A DNA stretch of 62,923 nt, filler included, from Syncephalis fuscata S228 (Eukaryota; Fungi; Zoopagomycota), in NCBI GenBank assembly GCA_025786725.1. It is 5 parts of 5 records of this genome, joined end to end, with 100 filler letters (N's around TTAATTAATTAA, not from the genome) between each part and the next. Parts side by side here need not be neighbours in the genome. Positions count along the whole stretch, not along the records: positions 14,844 to 25,795 come from JAHLTZ010000288.1; positions 25,896 to 39,710 come from JAHLTZ010000240.1; 3 more parts are not named here. One strand, 5' to 3'. Below are positions 22,916 to 35,000 of this stretch, one piece after another. Both the position numbers and the translations under genes were made by a program. Below the pieces are notes generated by a model. The model ran no database searches and was not told where the DNA came from. It saw only the letters and a program-made list of their open reading frames with translations. The stretch's first letter is position 1; each line of letters begins with the position of its first letter.

Positions 22916-25900
22916 TACAGGGGTTGTTTGATTACAAGGTGTAATGGATGTATTAGGAAACAGTTTGTTTACTAAGTTGCCTAGTCACGCGCCGTATACG
23001 GTTGAGGCGCGTTCTATTGAAACGAACGGACTTGAACACTTAATAAATTAAATGATTGCAATGACTAAAAGATGATTTGCCGTTATTCGGTATATTGATG
23101 TTTTCATTCACTATTTGTATAGAGATAAACTACTATGGACAAGTAGTGTGAGCGCAGCGCTGGAAATGGCCGATCACAACCAGCGGCGTTAAATAAACTA
23201 TTGTTTACGGCGGCAGCTGTAAAATAAACAGAAAAGGTAAGTAAAGCAATATTGATGCAGATATCAGAGCCAGGATGTTAACAGCCTTAAATACAGTATT
23301 TAAACAGTAGTAAAAAAACAAAATGGATGGTAAGCCACGGTAAAGTTTGTAAGTCACGGCAGTGGCAGCGGCACTAGTAGTAGCAGCAATGGCGGCCGTG
23401 GATAAAGCTTACGAGCTAACTTGCAACAATACGAATACAATGATTTTTGCACAAATAAAATGTGTAGAATGGCATAAACAAGCCAATACAGCGAATAAAA
23501 AGAAATAAACAGGTCAAATAACGACGCCTATCTCGTTTGCTTAAATAAACGTTCGCCAATAAAAATACTACACAATCGAAGTATATCAAATAAAAAAGAA
23601 TACGCCTAGCTAAAGACTAGAGCGTATATAAATATTGCCACGAGTAGAAGAGATGGTTTCACAGAGAAATAAATAAGGGTGTATGGAGAGATAGCTGTAA
23701 ATAGGCTAGGAATTGCAATATCAATGCCCGGCTAGTTTACTCACCCGCAGTGTGCAGTAAGACTTGTACGCAAATGAACGGGCTGGACAACACAGATACC
23801 AAGATACTGAAGGGTGGAAGGTATCAGTAGTAGTAGTAGTAGTAATAGTAGTACTAGTAGTAGTGAGGGAGGACTGGCTTCACGTACAGATGTTGCTTAT
23901 GGACACAGCCAGACAAGCGAGTGTTGAGCACAAAAGACTAAAGAGTATGTAAGAATGCCGCGCGAAGGAGTGTCAGGACGCGACACACGCGTAGAGGTGG
24001 TCGCTACACAGTCAGTTGCGGGCAAAAAAAGGACTTTTAATTACTACTGCCAGAAGTGAAAACAGAAGCAAAAGGAAAGAGTGAGGAGCAAACGAGGCAT
24101 GGCAGCAAATGGGTGTGTTATTGTAGAATTTGTGGGTCAGGTGGCATGTGTGTGTGTGTGGCGCAAGGTCCAATGAAATTTTATGCTAGTCATTCTGTAT
24201 CAATATTATTTGTATTCCGTTGTGTGGTTGAACATACGGCCTATCTATGCTAAAGCTTACCTGTCTTACTTGCGCATCTACGAATGCCAAGGCCCTGTAG
24301 TCGTAATGGACGGGGTGCCGTATAAACTTGGCAGGCAAGAGCTTACGCGAATGTTATGTATGTAGATATGTTTAATCCATACTTTGTATTTGTGGGCACG
24401 TCAATGATTTGAAACTAAATATAGACAATGTGTTGAGCCGAAAATAGATGACTCATTCACCGATTAGTCATCCCTGGTTGGCTGGATAGGGAGACAGCTT
24501 AGATTGTTGCCATTGCTTTCAAAGTTGTAGTGTTTATATACGTTATATTACCTTTGACTATAATTATTAAAAAGTGGATAGTACATTAATGGTTTGAATG
24601 TATATTCTACATTATTGGTTTATATAATAATTGGTTACAGAGTGTGGTAATGATAGTGGTAATGACGTTAATATTGGTGTATATGATGTTTTGTTTCAGT
24701 ATAGTTTATACCATAATGACAAGTTTGTTGCTGCTATTAAGATGATAATAATAACTGCTCTAGATATTTAATATTATTGTCTATTAATGATTATGCATGC
24801 TGATAATCATAGTAATAATAATCATATGATGTAAAGTCCAATAATCATGAATTACTTTATGAATGACACTGTTTTTTGTTGCTGCTATACTATCTGTAAA
24901 TCTTAATTCGGTTTACTTAATCATATTCAAATATAAATACTATATTTTTGTCATTAATATCTATGCTCTTTATTTAGCTATTTACTTGAATTTATATTTA
25001 TTTATACTTTAGCAGAATAATAAAATGAATACTTCCAGCGTCCTAATTTACAGTTACACTTTTAGCACAGATGAAAAGCTTTATAAATAGCAGTTGTCTA
25101 ATTGCAATTATCACCAGTTAACAGAAATGCCAATACATTAAGCCAAAAGTTGTAAATATTGCAAACGTCTTTACACATTTAGTTAATATATATATATATC
25201 AATTCTAATAAATGATTATTGTAAAACTGACTAGAATGACACTATTCCACTCGACGAAGGGTATAAAAAAGCTTTTAAAGTATACAATATAAACGTTTAT
25301 TGCTGTAAGTCTTAAGAGACAATGCATATTTAAATGTGACTGGCTGAGTGTATACAGCCAGAGAATGCTTAGTTAACAACTAGTTGCAAATTCCGATGCC
25401 GACTATAGTACCGGTTTAGTATAAGTAACACAATAATGAAAATGTTGATGCAATATCGCATTAAATACTATAAACAACACATCAGTGCTTTTCTGATGAG
25501 AGAGATTGTTCGGCAGTAAGCGTAATGAAAAAAGAAAGACAATTATAATCAGCTAGTTGTTGCACTAGCAATTGTACACATAGAACAGTAGCTGTGATGG
25601 CCAAACTGCCAGGATAGTCGCTGAACAAGTTCGCAGCACCATTAAAGCAGTATAACTTGCTACTGTCGAGATTTAATAATAATAATAATAATAATAATAG
25701 TTTATGCAATCTCATACTGTGATCCATAGCAATATATAAATATCATTGATTAATAGAATAATGGATATTAAGTAAAATTAAAAAAATTTATTATTNNNNN
25801 NNNNNNNNNNNNNNNNNNNNNNNNNNNNNNNNNNNNNNNTTAATTAATTAANNNNNNNNNNNNNNNNNNNNNNNNNNNNNNNNNNNNNNNNNNNNAATAA

Positions 25901-25918
25901 AAATAAATAATATACAAT

Positions 25919-26319
25919 TCCACGGGAAACGTTGCTAGCCCGGTAGGTAAGGCAGTGTTTCCCAAGCTGAAGATTCCGGATTTAAACAGAGGTTTAAATC
26001 AATCCTTAAGTGAAAAATCTCCCCAGTTTTCTCTAGTTAACAAATTGCAAACCAGAACCCAATAAGTAGGTTTGGAAACAAGACTTTGGCTAGAATAGCC
26101 GAGGAAAAAGCAATTGGGGCCAACTTTAAGGGAATAGTGCTGTGTAGCACCATTTAAAAGAAGATGGCCCCGTGTAAAATCTATATGGACTAGGTTTGCG
26201 CAAAAACGCGGCATTCCATCCGTTAAAAGCTTGGAAAAGTCCAAATATAGTGCGAAGCAGCGCAAATTATTTAATTATATGCAGCGGGGGCTCACAAGCT
26301 TTTCAAAATAAAATAAAAT
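25919..26319 (+). mobile_element. SINE family A, second copy, in the intron after microexon 8 of locus 2
   Basis: Full-length homology to the reverse complement of 19367-19769; (AAAAT)n tail; TSD AATAT(A/G)CAAT at 25909-25918 and 26320-26329. Confidence 0.88.
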
Positions 26320-26338
26320 AATATGCAATGTCACTTAC

Positions 26339-27082
26339 CAACTATTCCACCCAGTTATTGATATACACAATACACGATATATAATTAATTTATAAATCAG
26401 CAACATACAATGCTACTTACCACCTATTATTAAATTATTGATATATACGATACACGATATGTAATTAATCAATGTTCAATTAATGTAAAATATAACTTAC
26501 ACACTATTAGTTTAAGTTATTGATATACGTGGTGCATAGTATATAATTAGCTCATAATCAGTTAAAGCAAAATACAACCTACCAACTATGGCATTGAATT
26601 GTTGATACACATAATACACGGTATATAATTAATGTCTAAGTTAACAATATATAATATTACTTACGGCCTATTAGTGTTAATTTGTTGATACACATAGTGC
26701 ATAACATGCAATTAGTGAGTAATCAATTAATATACAATAAACTTACATTCACCTAATGTTAATTAGTTAATGGATGTAGTACATGGTGCATAATTAGTGT
26801 ATGTTCTATTGATATGTAATGCAACCTACCAGCTATGATATTTATTTGTTGACGCACACAGTACATGGTATATAATCAGTGGGTAATTAGTTAGCATACA
26901 ATATAACTTACGATCTATTATAATTATTATTTAAAAATGCTGTTAGTAAATAAAATATTATGATATATTTATTGTTATTGCAACATACCACGGCGAACTA
27001 AAGCTGGTTTAGCATCCACCACGGCTGTATTGGCCACAAGAGCCACGACAATGGTGCAAACGACGGCAATAGAAAGCTTCAT
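26339..27082 (-). CDS. Microexon-array peptide precursor, locus 2 (3' end lost at contig end)
   Basis: Exon 1 27082-26989 MKLSIAVVCTIVVALVANTAVVDAKPALVRR+G; microexons ATC, CTG, GTGAAT, GCC, TTG, TGT, GTG, TTG give DPGECLVCV. Confidence 0.87.
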
Positions 27083-28978
27083 GGTGATATTGATTTGTTA
27101 AGACAAACAAATAAAAGAAATAGTAGAGTGTGGTTGGTATAGAGTGGAGAGTTGTGTGTGTTTAGTAGGAAGTAGAGTGTGATGATAATACTGCAGTTGG
27201 TTGTGTATATTTTGTAAGCTATTTATACTTACAGCTATGCTGAGATGCCAGTATGCTGCAGTATACGAGATATACCATTGATGTGTAATATGAACCAATA
27301 AAGCAATTCAAATAATGGTTTGAAACGTACGTGTACCAATAAATTTATGGTGTGACATCATACTTTCTAGTCTTGATTTTAACCTGACCAGCCTTTACTT
27401 CAATCTTCTCGGCATTTACACAGATGACGCGGAAATTCCAACGAGCAGTACATATGCGATAGAGACATGCGCATCATTCTGTATTTTTTGTTACACGGTT
27501 TAGCTATTTGGTGAAAACAAGTAAATTGTTTGGTTTTGTAAAACGATAATGATGTCTTTGCTGTCACTTCCACTCAATGACTCGGTTTTCGATATCCGCA
27601 TGCATACAGAATAGCACACAACACTAATACAAAACAAGTTTAATGTATCAAACTGGTATTTTATACAGGTTTCTACTGCCATACATAAATCAGCTGTAAT
27701 TTTTAAATTATAAAGTGTACTGATTGGTACATGCATGCATTTCATTCGACACTATGCCTATTGTTATAGGGTAGCAATTGTTTCGAATTTACAAATGCAT
27801 CACATTTAGGCATATCATGCCACATGTTGTGCAACTGCCATCATTCAAATGGCGGCTAATCCAAATTACCTGAAATCGACTATACAATAAGTACTATTTG
27901 TAGGATGATGCATCACGGCATTTTGAGTAATGGAACATTCCAACATGTTATTTTCGTCATCGGTTTTTCAGTTGTAAACTATATTGCCTCAGATAAATTA
28001 CACGAAATACAATATGCAGACACTAGACTAGACACAATAGAAGCTTTAGCCAAATATCACCAATTTCGAGTGCATAATGTCAATGAGTCGCATATCAACC
28101 GGTAATCATCCAAGGCCTGTGCTGCCCACATTTCTGAAGCCACTTCTGACAAGTCAAGCAAAATGGAATATAGAAGAACAAGCCAAAGCAGAAACCAATG
28201 GAAAACAATTGGCAACTCAAAGGTTTACTGGTTTAACCTATAGCAAATCAATATAGTTATGCTAAGCTGAACTGTATTTATCAAGAGTTGGCTGTTGCTG
28301 ATGCGGCCAGAACAGCAGCAACGTTAAACAGAGAGATGTAAATAAAATTGAATCAATAAGTTTAGTTTGTAAATAACTTATCATTGTCACTATAGCTTAT
28401 AATTCTGGCTGTTTGTACAAATAGATATTTACAATCACATTGTAATCTTTTACATACCATTGGATTGAGCGCGTAATATTTATATAATCAAGTCATTTTT
28501 GCTTTGACTTCCACGTTTTGATTCCTCAAAGTAAAATTTGTTCCAATTGAAGTCATGCGGTTATGCACAACATACTGTTTGATTTCATTGAAATATTTGA
28601 GGCTAATTGTTGTTGTTGTCAGCCATGCATAGAAAGATTGATTGAATATTAATAAAAGTCGTATGATCGCAATTCCATATCGTTCCGCAATCGTTGTTAT
28701 TGCATTAATATATACATAATATGTACCATTTAATTTTTAACTTTTAATTTTGATACTTGCTAGTTGATTTAAATAAAATGCATTATTATATAATACACTG
28801 TGTGTGATTTAACATTATTATACAATTTAATTGAATTTATTAGCCATTTAGTATAATTTGTGGTTAAAATAACTATTTTAATCATATTTAATTTATTGAG
28901 CATGATGATGGGTGATGAATGACATTAAATATCAAACTGTAATGCTTTTACTGTTTTCTTGCCACTAATTATCTTACT

Positions 28979-29986
28979 ATGGAAGGCGATTTACCAATTC
29001 AACGCAACTTTGTGTCCCAAGACACATTGGATGAGCAGCGGCGGGCAAGAGAAGAGGAATGGCGCAAGGTGCATGCTACTGACGGAGAAGGTAAAGCAAT
29101 AGACTATATTATACAGTCGGTACTGGAACAATATGCAGCAAGGGTCATTCTTACTTTCACGCTAAAATCTATGAGCTGACTGTACGTTTTCTTGTAATAC
29201 GTAGTTCCTCCGATGGAGGAGGCGCCATATGATCCGCGTCCTTTGTACGAAAAGCTACAGGAGCAGCGACAGAAAAAGGAGGATGCTTTTCAAGAGGCAA
29301 CACGTTTGGGTCAGTAATCTGCGACCAGGACAGCATTTAATCTACTAGGCAGCTAATAGATTATTTGTTAATAGCGAATCTGGTACATCGGTTAGATGAT
29401 GAGGAAATCGGTTTTTTACAATCAATTCAATCGGAGGAAACCGCAAAAGAACAAGAGAAACGAGCACAGGAGAAAGTAGAGCTAGATGCCTTTCGTAGGC
29501 AAGTTTTATTTATTAAGAATACTTGTCATTATGTCTTATGATATGTTAACTTATAGGGCTCAAGCAACAGCTACAGATACTATAGCGCCTATACTGCCAG
29601 TCAGAGATACTAAAGAACAGGTAAAGACGACCAGTTTACTGCCATCGACTACACAGAAGGAATCAACGGCATCTATGCCAAATAATAAGTCACGTATAAT
29701 TTCATCTGACCGACAGCGACAACTATTAGGCAAAGCAGTTATACGTAAGCGACCTTTTTCAGCCGTAAATACTGATACGTCGGCTAAGAAAGAGGGCAAA
29801 TCTATGGTAACCACAAATGAACCACCTACTAAACAAGCAAAACAAATACCAACATCATCAGAATCAACAAATACAAAAAAAGCAGCAGCAACAGTATCTA
29901 AATCCGTACCAAATAATCCACTGATGTCGTTAGTCGCTTATAGTGATGATGATAGTGATGATGATAGTGCCAATTCAGATAACTAA
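28979..29986 (+). CDS. FAM192A/PSME3IP1 (Fyv6/NIP30) family nuclear protein, 4 exons
   Basis: FVSQDTLDEQRRAREEEW, YDPRPLYEKLQEQRQKK, LDDEEIGFL, C-terminal LVAYSDDDSDD. Confidence 0.88.
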
Positions 29987-30180
29987 CAGTTTGCTCATTT
30001 AATAATAAAAATTAATTCATTATCATAGTAAATAGAATGTAGAGTATGAGTATCATGATTATGTGATGTTGTTCATGATTTATTTTGTTAAAAACGTATT
30101 AAACTTAATTTCTTTAAAAAAGTTTTTATTGTTTGAATCAAAATATAGTGGTATGAATAGGAGCAGCAATATCAATATCT

Positions 30181-30313
30181 TGAGCCTGTCAGTCAATATT
30201 TATAAACAGTCGAGTTTAATTTATTAATAAATGGAGTGTAAATGATAAAAGTCAATCTACCCAACATGTAGGTACATCATAGAACAGATTAATAGTAAAT
30301 AAATAAATGCATT
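30181..30313. repeat. Dispersed ~133-bp repeat; reverse-complement copy at 43289-43421
   Basis: TGAGCCTGTCAGTCAATATTTATAAACAG...AAATGCATT matches with few substitutions. Confidence 0.85.
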
Positions 30314-32022
30314 AAAAATAAAAGTCATTTGACATTAAAAACTACTCATTATCATAAAGCATGTTTATTATTAAAGTAATAAAACATGGTCATGTTCTAG
30401 AAGATGTAACAATAAACCAATAATTTAAAAGAATGAATAAACAATGTAATGTCAATGCCAGCAGAAACATGCACAGTATATTCAGTACAATGGCCAGTGG
30501 TGAGCCAAGGCTTTCTAATTTCTTACCACCTATTATTATAAGAAAGCAAACTGACACTGTTGCATTACCATCATAATTAAATTATAACATTTATTAACGC
30601 TAATATTGAATATTAAAAATAGAGCTGATTGGTTAAGACTGGCCAATTCAATTGAAGTTGATATAGCGCCGCCTCAACAAATAGTAATTCTCAGTATTAA
30701 AAACTGATTGACGGTTTATTATTTAAATTATTAGTATAGAACATGTTTATTATTAACGGCAATATGAAAATACACAATATATACAGTGTAATAGCTAGTA
30801 ACTCATCAATACCTTTTATTATTCACCCCTTCCTACTTCAAGAAAGCAAATTGGCACCGTTGCGTTAATACAGTAATTAAAACATAATATTTTATTGTAG
30901 CATAAAACATTGTTTAATCTTAATGTCTAATAATAAACATCAAACACTGAAAATAATGTGGACCAGCTCAGCTTTGTTTAATTTATGTGAAGTTGGCATA
31001 GCATTATTTCAATAAACCATACTTTCTCAGTATTAAAAACTAATTGACGGCTATTAGCAAAAATTAAATTGTGGATCACATTAGCCGGATAATATGGGCA
31101 TAATATCATGAGCGTAATAGTGGTAACAATTACAAACTTATTATAAACGATATAAATTTATATTGTATAATAATACTTGGCCAAACTCTAATACTAATGT
31201 AATTGTTATTGGCTAATTCAACGTTGCTTTTTAACTTTAAATATGTATAATAAATAGCTGATTATTTTTATTAACTGTAAACAATAAATCCTTAATAGCA
31301 ATTGCTCGATCGATTAAGTTCCCTAAGCTTGAATCGATTGAATTAATAAAAATAGTAATTAACTTCCGACGCACCAATCAATTACCAGGTAGTAAAAAAA
31401 CCTGTTTTGAATAGAGCAACAACGATAACATGTAAACTATACAGAGCAAATAGGTTCAACAAAGCTCAGCTCTCTCCTTCCTTCCCTTCTGCTTATTATT
31501 CATATTTAGTTGCTTTAAAACAACGACCGTTCTCTGGTATATTATACCACTATCGACCCTGCACCTTTGTGTTCATTAGTCTCGTATATTCATTTTTGCT
31601 TTTAAAGCCTACGTCCATCACTACTATTATTGCTACGGTCATCATCTTTTATCGATAATAGGTGACCCGTGTTCTTCTTTCTATCCTTCTATCTATTCCT
31701 GTGTGTGTAGTACCGTTGCGTGACGATAAACATTTAAACGTCCTTTGTTTACTGTTCAGCAGTGGCAATTACTTTATACCATCTTGTAAGTGTATGATTT
31801 TATTTACTGTCTATTTTATTTAACAACTTTGTTCAATAGATACGCAGCTAAACGTTGTGCACGCAAAAGCAGCGCAAGTACACACGTGATATTGCCACAC
31901 TGCTAAATAGTGTGAACAAGAGTTTGTTTATCCAGTTATAGGGGAGTAGCTGTGATAACGAACAATAGCGGCCACTTAATTCGTCGGGGTGATTTGGGCG
32001 GATCCACGTATCCATTGTGAAC

Positions 32023-35000
32023 ATGTCGAGTTCTGCCAGTATTGCCGAGTCAGTGCCGCCGTCTCCGGCGTTTGGTTCATCGTATACGGCATTTCCAACC
32101 TCTTATCGCTTTGAAGATAACTTTTGGTCACCAGGCGGTCTTCACGATGGCGATATAACCGATTACCGTATGGGATTGGATGTACTTTATCAAAAAATGC
32201 AGCAGGGCTGTATTGAATGTGAAGATATTGCAGACTTTCTTCGACAGCGCATCGGTATCGAAGAACTCTATGCCAACAAGCTTAAAGAATTGAGTGCACT
32301 TAAATTGAATCCTCAGGGATTTGGTCGTGATGATGGTGCATCATTACGGCGAACATTTGAAAATGTAAAATCAGAAAGCGAGCAATTGGGACATTGCCAT
32401 CGCCAATTAGCAGACAATATTACTGTGATGGTATTACAGCCATTGATGAGGTTTGCTGAAGATCACCAACGGCGTGTACGTGTGGGTATGGAGGAATTAA
32501 ATGGATCAGTGCGTGATTTTGAGAAACAGGTAAGCTAAATTTATTTAATTAACATTTGTTTAATATTTAATTATTTAATTAACTATATTATATTATTATT
32601 TAGATTGATGTACTTGATAGAGCCCATGATGATTATTTAAATAAATGTGAAGTTGCCGATCATGCCGAGTCCGTGGTCATGGCAGAGAAGTCACGTCTTC
32701 ACGATGTCGACTATATGATTGAAAATCCACGAACGGCCTTTGTTCGTCTTGGACCACTTAGCTTTTCAACTGAGCGCGATTTAGATGCCTTCCTAGGTCG
32801 ACTGCAACAGAATATACCAATGGAGGATGTACGCTACTCTTTATTTGGCGTATATCGGCATTCAGTAAATGGCGAATTACTCGCCCAATGGCTACTGCAA
32901 TCCTGCCGTGACCATTTAAAAACACTTCGTGCAGCCGAAGAGGTAGGCCAAGCCATGATTGATAATGGCTATTTAAAGGTAGTAGGTATGGGTGGCACTT
33001 TCCAGGCCCGCCCCAACTACTACTACCAGTGGCGTCGATTGGCCGCTGATCCTGACGAAGAAGAGCATCGTAAACTGCGGGCCGTGGCCGATGAAGCCGA
33101 CGATGTTTATCATCAAGCAGTATCGCGCGTTGAACAGTCCCGTATGCTAGTGGAACAGCGTCTGATGTCCTACTATAATGCGATGAACCATGCCGAACGC
33201 GAACGTATTGAAGAAGTACGGTCAGCTTTTACTAATTTGGCCGTAGCATTATCAAATGTCATGACCGTCACTCAAGCGGTATGTGATCGTATGGTCGTCT
33301 ATCTGGAAGCAATGCGTACAGATTTCGACATGCAATACTTTGTACAACAATACCGTACCGGTCCCTATGCACCACGCCCTATGGTCTATGAAAGCTACTA
33401 TCATAGTCCTGCATCAGATCAGATATTCGGTATATCCATTGAAGAACAGGCCCGTGTATCGCAGACAAAGATTCCGCCATTTGTGGCCAAATGTTTAAGT
33501 TTGATTGAAAAGGAGCTCCACGCACTACCTGATGAAACTAAACAGCGTATGTGGATTGCACCCTTACAATTACCAATTATTCATCGATTACGTGGCAGTG
33601 TTAATACTGGCCAGCCAGTTACACTTAAACAATTACGACAATTTGATCTTAATACGGTTGTGGGAGCATTGCGTTTATACTTAATGGAACTGCCCGAATG
33701 CCTGTGCACCTATAATTTATATGAACCCGTAAAGGCACTTTATCGCAAGAGTGGCGACAATATTGATGCACGTTTTGTTGCATTACGTAGTATGTTAACT
33801 ACTATGCCTACAGCCAACTTCCATACATTAAATCGAATTGTAAGCCATTTATACAAGTAAGTAAATATAGTAAATTAATAATGATAATATAACAGCTACT
33901 AATTAATAATCTATTTATTAACTAATCTATTTTATTTATCTAGTTTGGCCTTATCAACATCGGCTGATGATGAATATCTAGCTTCACTTGGTATGTCACT
34001 GGGTCCAAGTTTCTTACGACCAGAACATATGACACGCGTCAATTTCCACGACCGACATCCACAACGACTTGTACGTGATTTAATCACCGCCTTTAGACTT
34101 ATCTTTTCACCTACACATCGCCATTCAATTGTATCATTAAGCGAGTACAATTTAAATCGTGATTCACAAGATCTATCGACACTGGCCCCTAATGTTCGTA
34201 AACGTATTCAAGAAGCAGTGGCCAGCCATATGAGTGACCGTAGCTCTATCAATTCAGATACACAATCAACTCGTAGTCCATATGATGCTTCATTCACTGA
34301 ATCTAATATGCTGACTGAAGAGCTACTCAGTTCAGAGCCAGTCGACATCGATGATAGCGATAACCATTCAGTATCAACTTCATGGGATTCAGACAACGAA
34401 GAAATGATATCTAAAATGACTGAATCACAAGCTACTGAATCACTTGATATGGTGGCTATGATTAATACTGTAAGCTCTAGCAGTATTATGGAAATGGAAG
34501 CAGAAGTAACGACTACAACAACTGATGTAGCCATTAAACGAAGCATGAGCAGTGATAGTAACCGGGATATTGAAGCCAGTCTACCTGTGGTACAAGCACG
34601 CGATATTTCACTTACTAATGTCGATCTTAGTTCACCGGAAACTGTTCAACGTTCGCAGCTATCCAGTATTCCAGAAAGCCGTAGTATCATTGAAGAAATG
34701 AGCCTTGAAACGACCACTATTGACGAATCAGCCGATATACGTCGTGAATCTGCCCACTCATTCCAAAATGACATCAATTATGATCCAGAAGAACCTATTA
34801 GTCGGGAAATATCCCCTATTAGCTATCAATATGAAGAACATAGCAATGAGCATAGTTATCAGTATGAAGAAGATACAAAGGATGGCAATACTACACCAAA
34901 ATCATATTCTGGACAAGTAATAGCTGGTACAGCCATTGCCGCTGCTTCTATCACCGTGGCCATCAACCATTTACAAGATCCATCATCTCTTGAAGAACCA

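Noticed and set aside
15590-28490. Loci 1 and 2 as a convergent inverted duplication, and the three loci as one physical cluster
   Set aside because: Each locus is on a different contig; order and orientation across the spacers are unverified.
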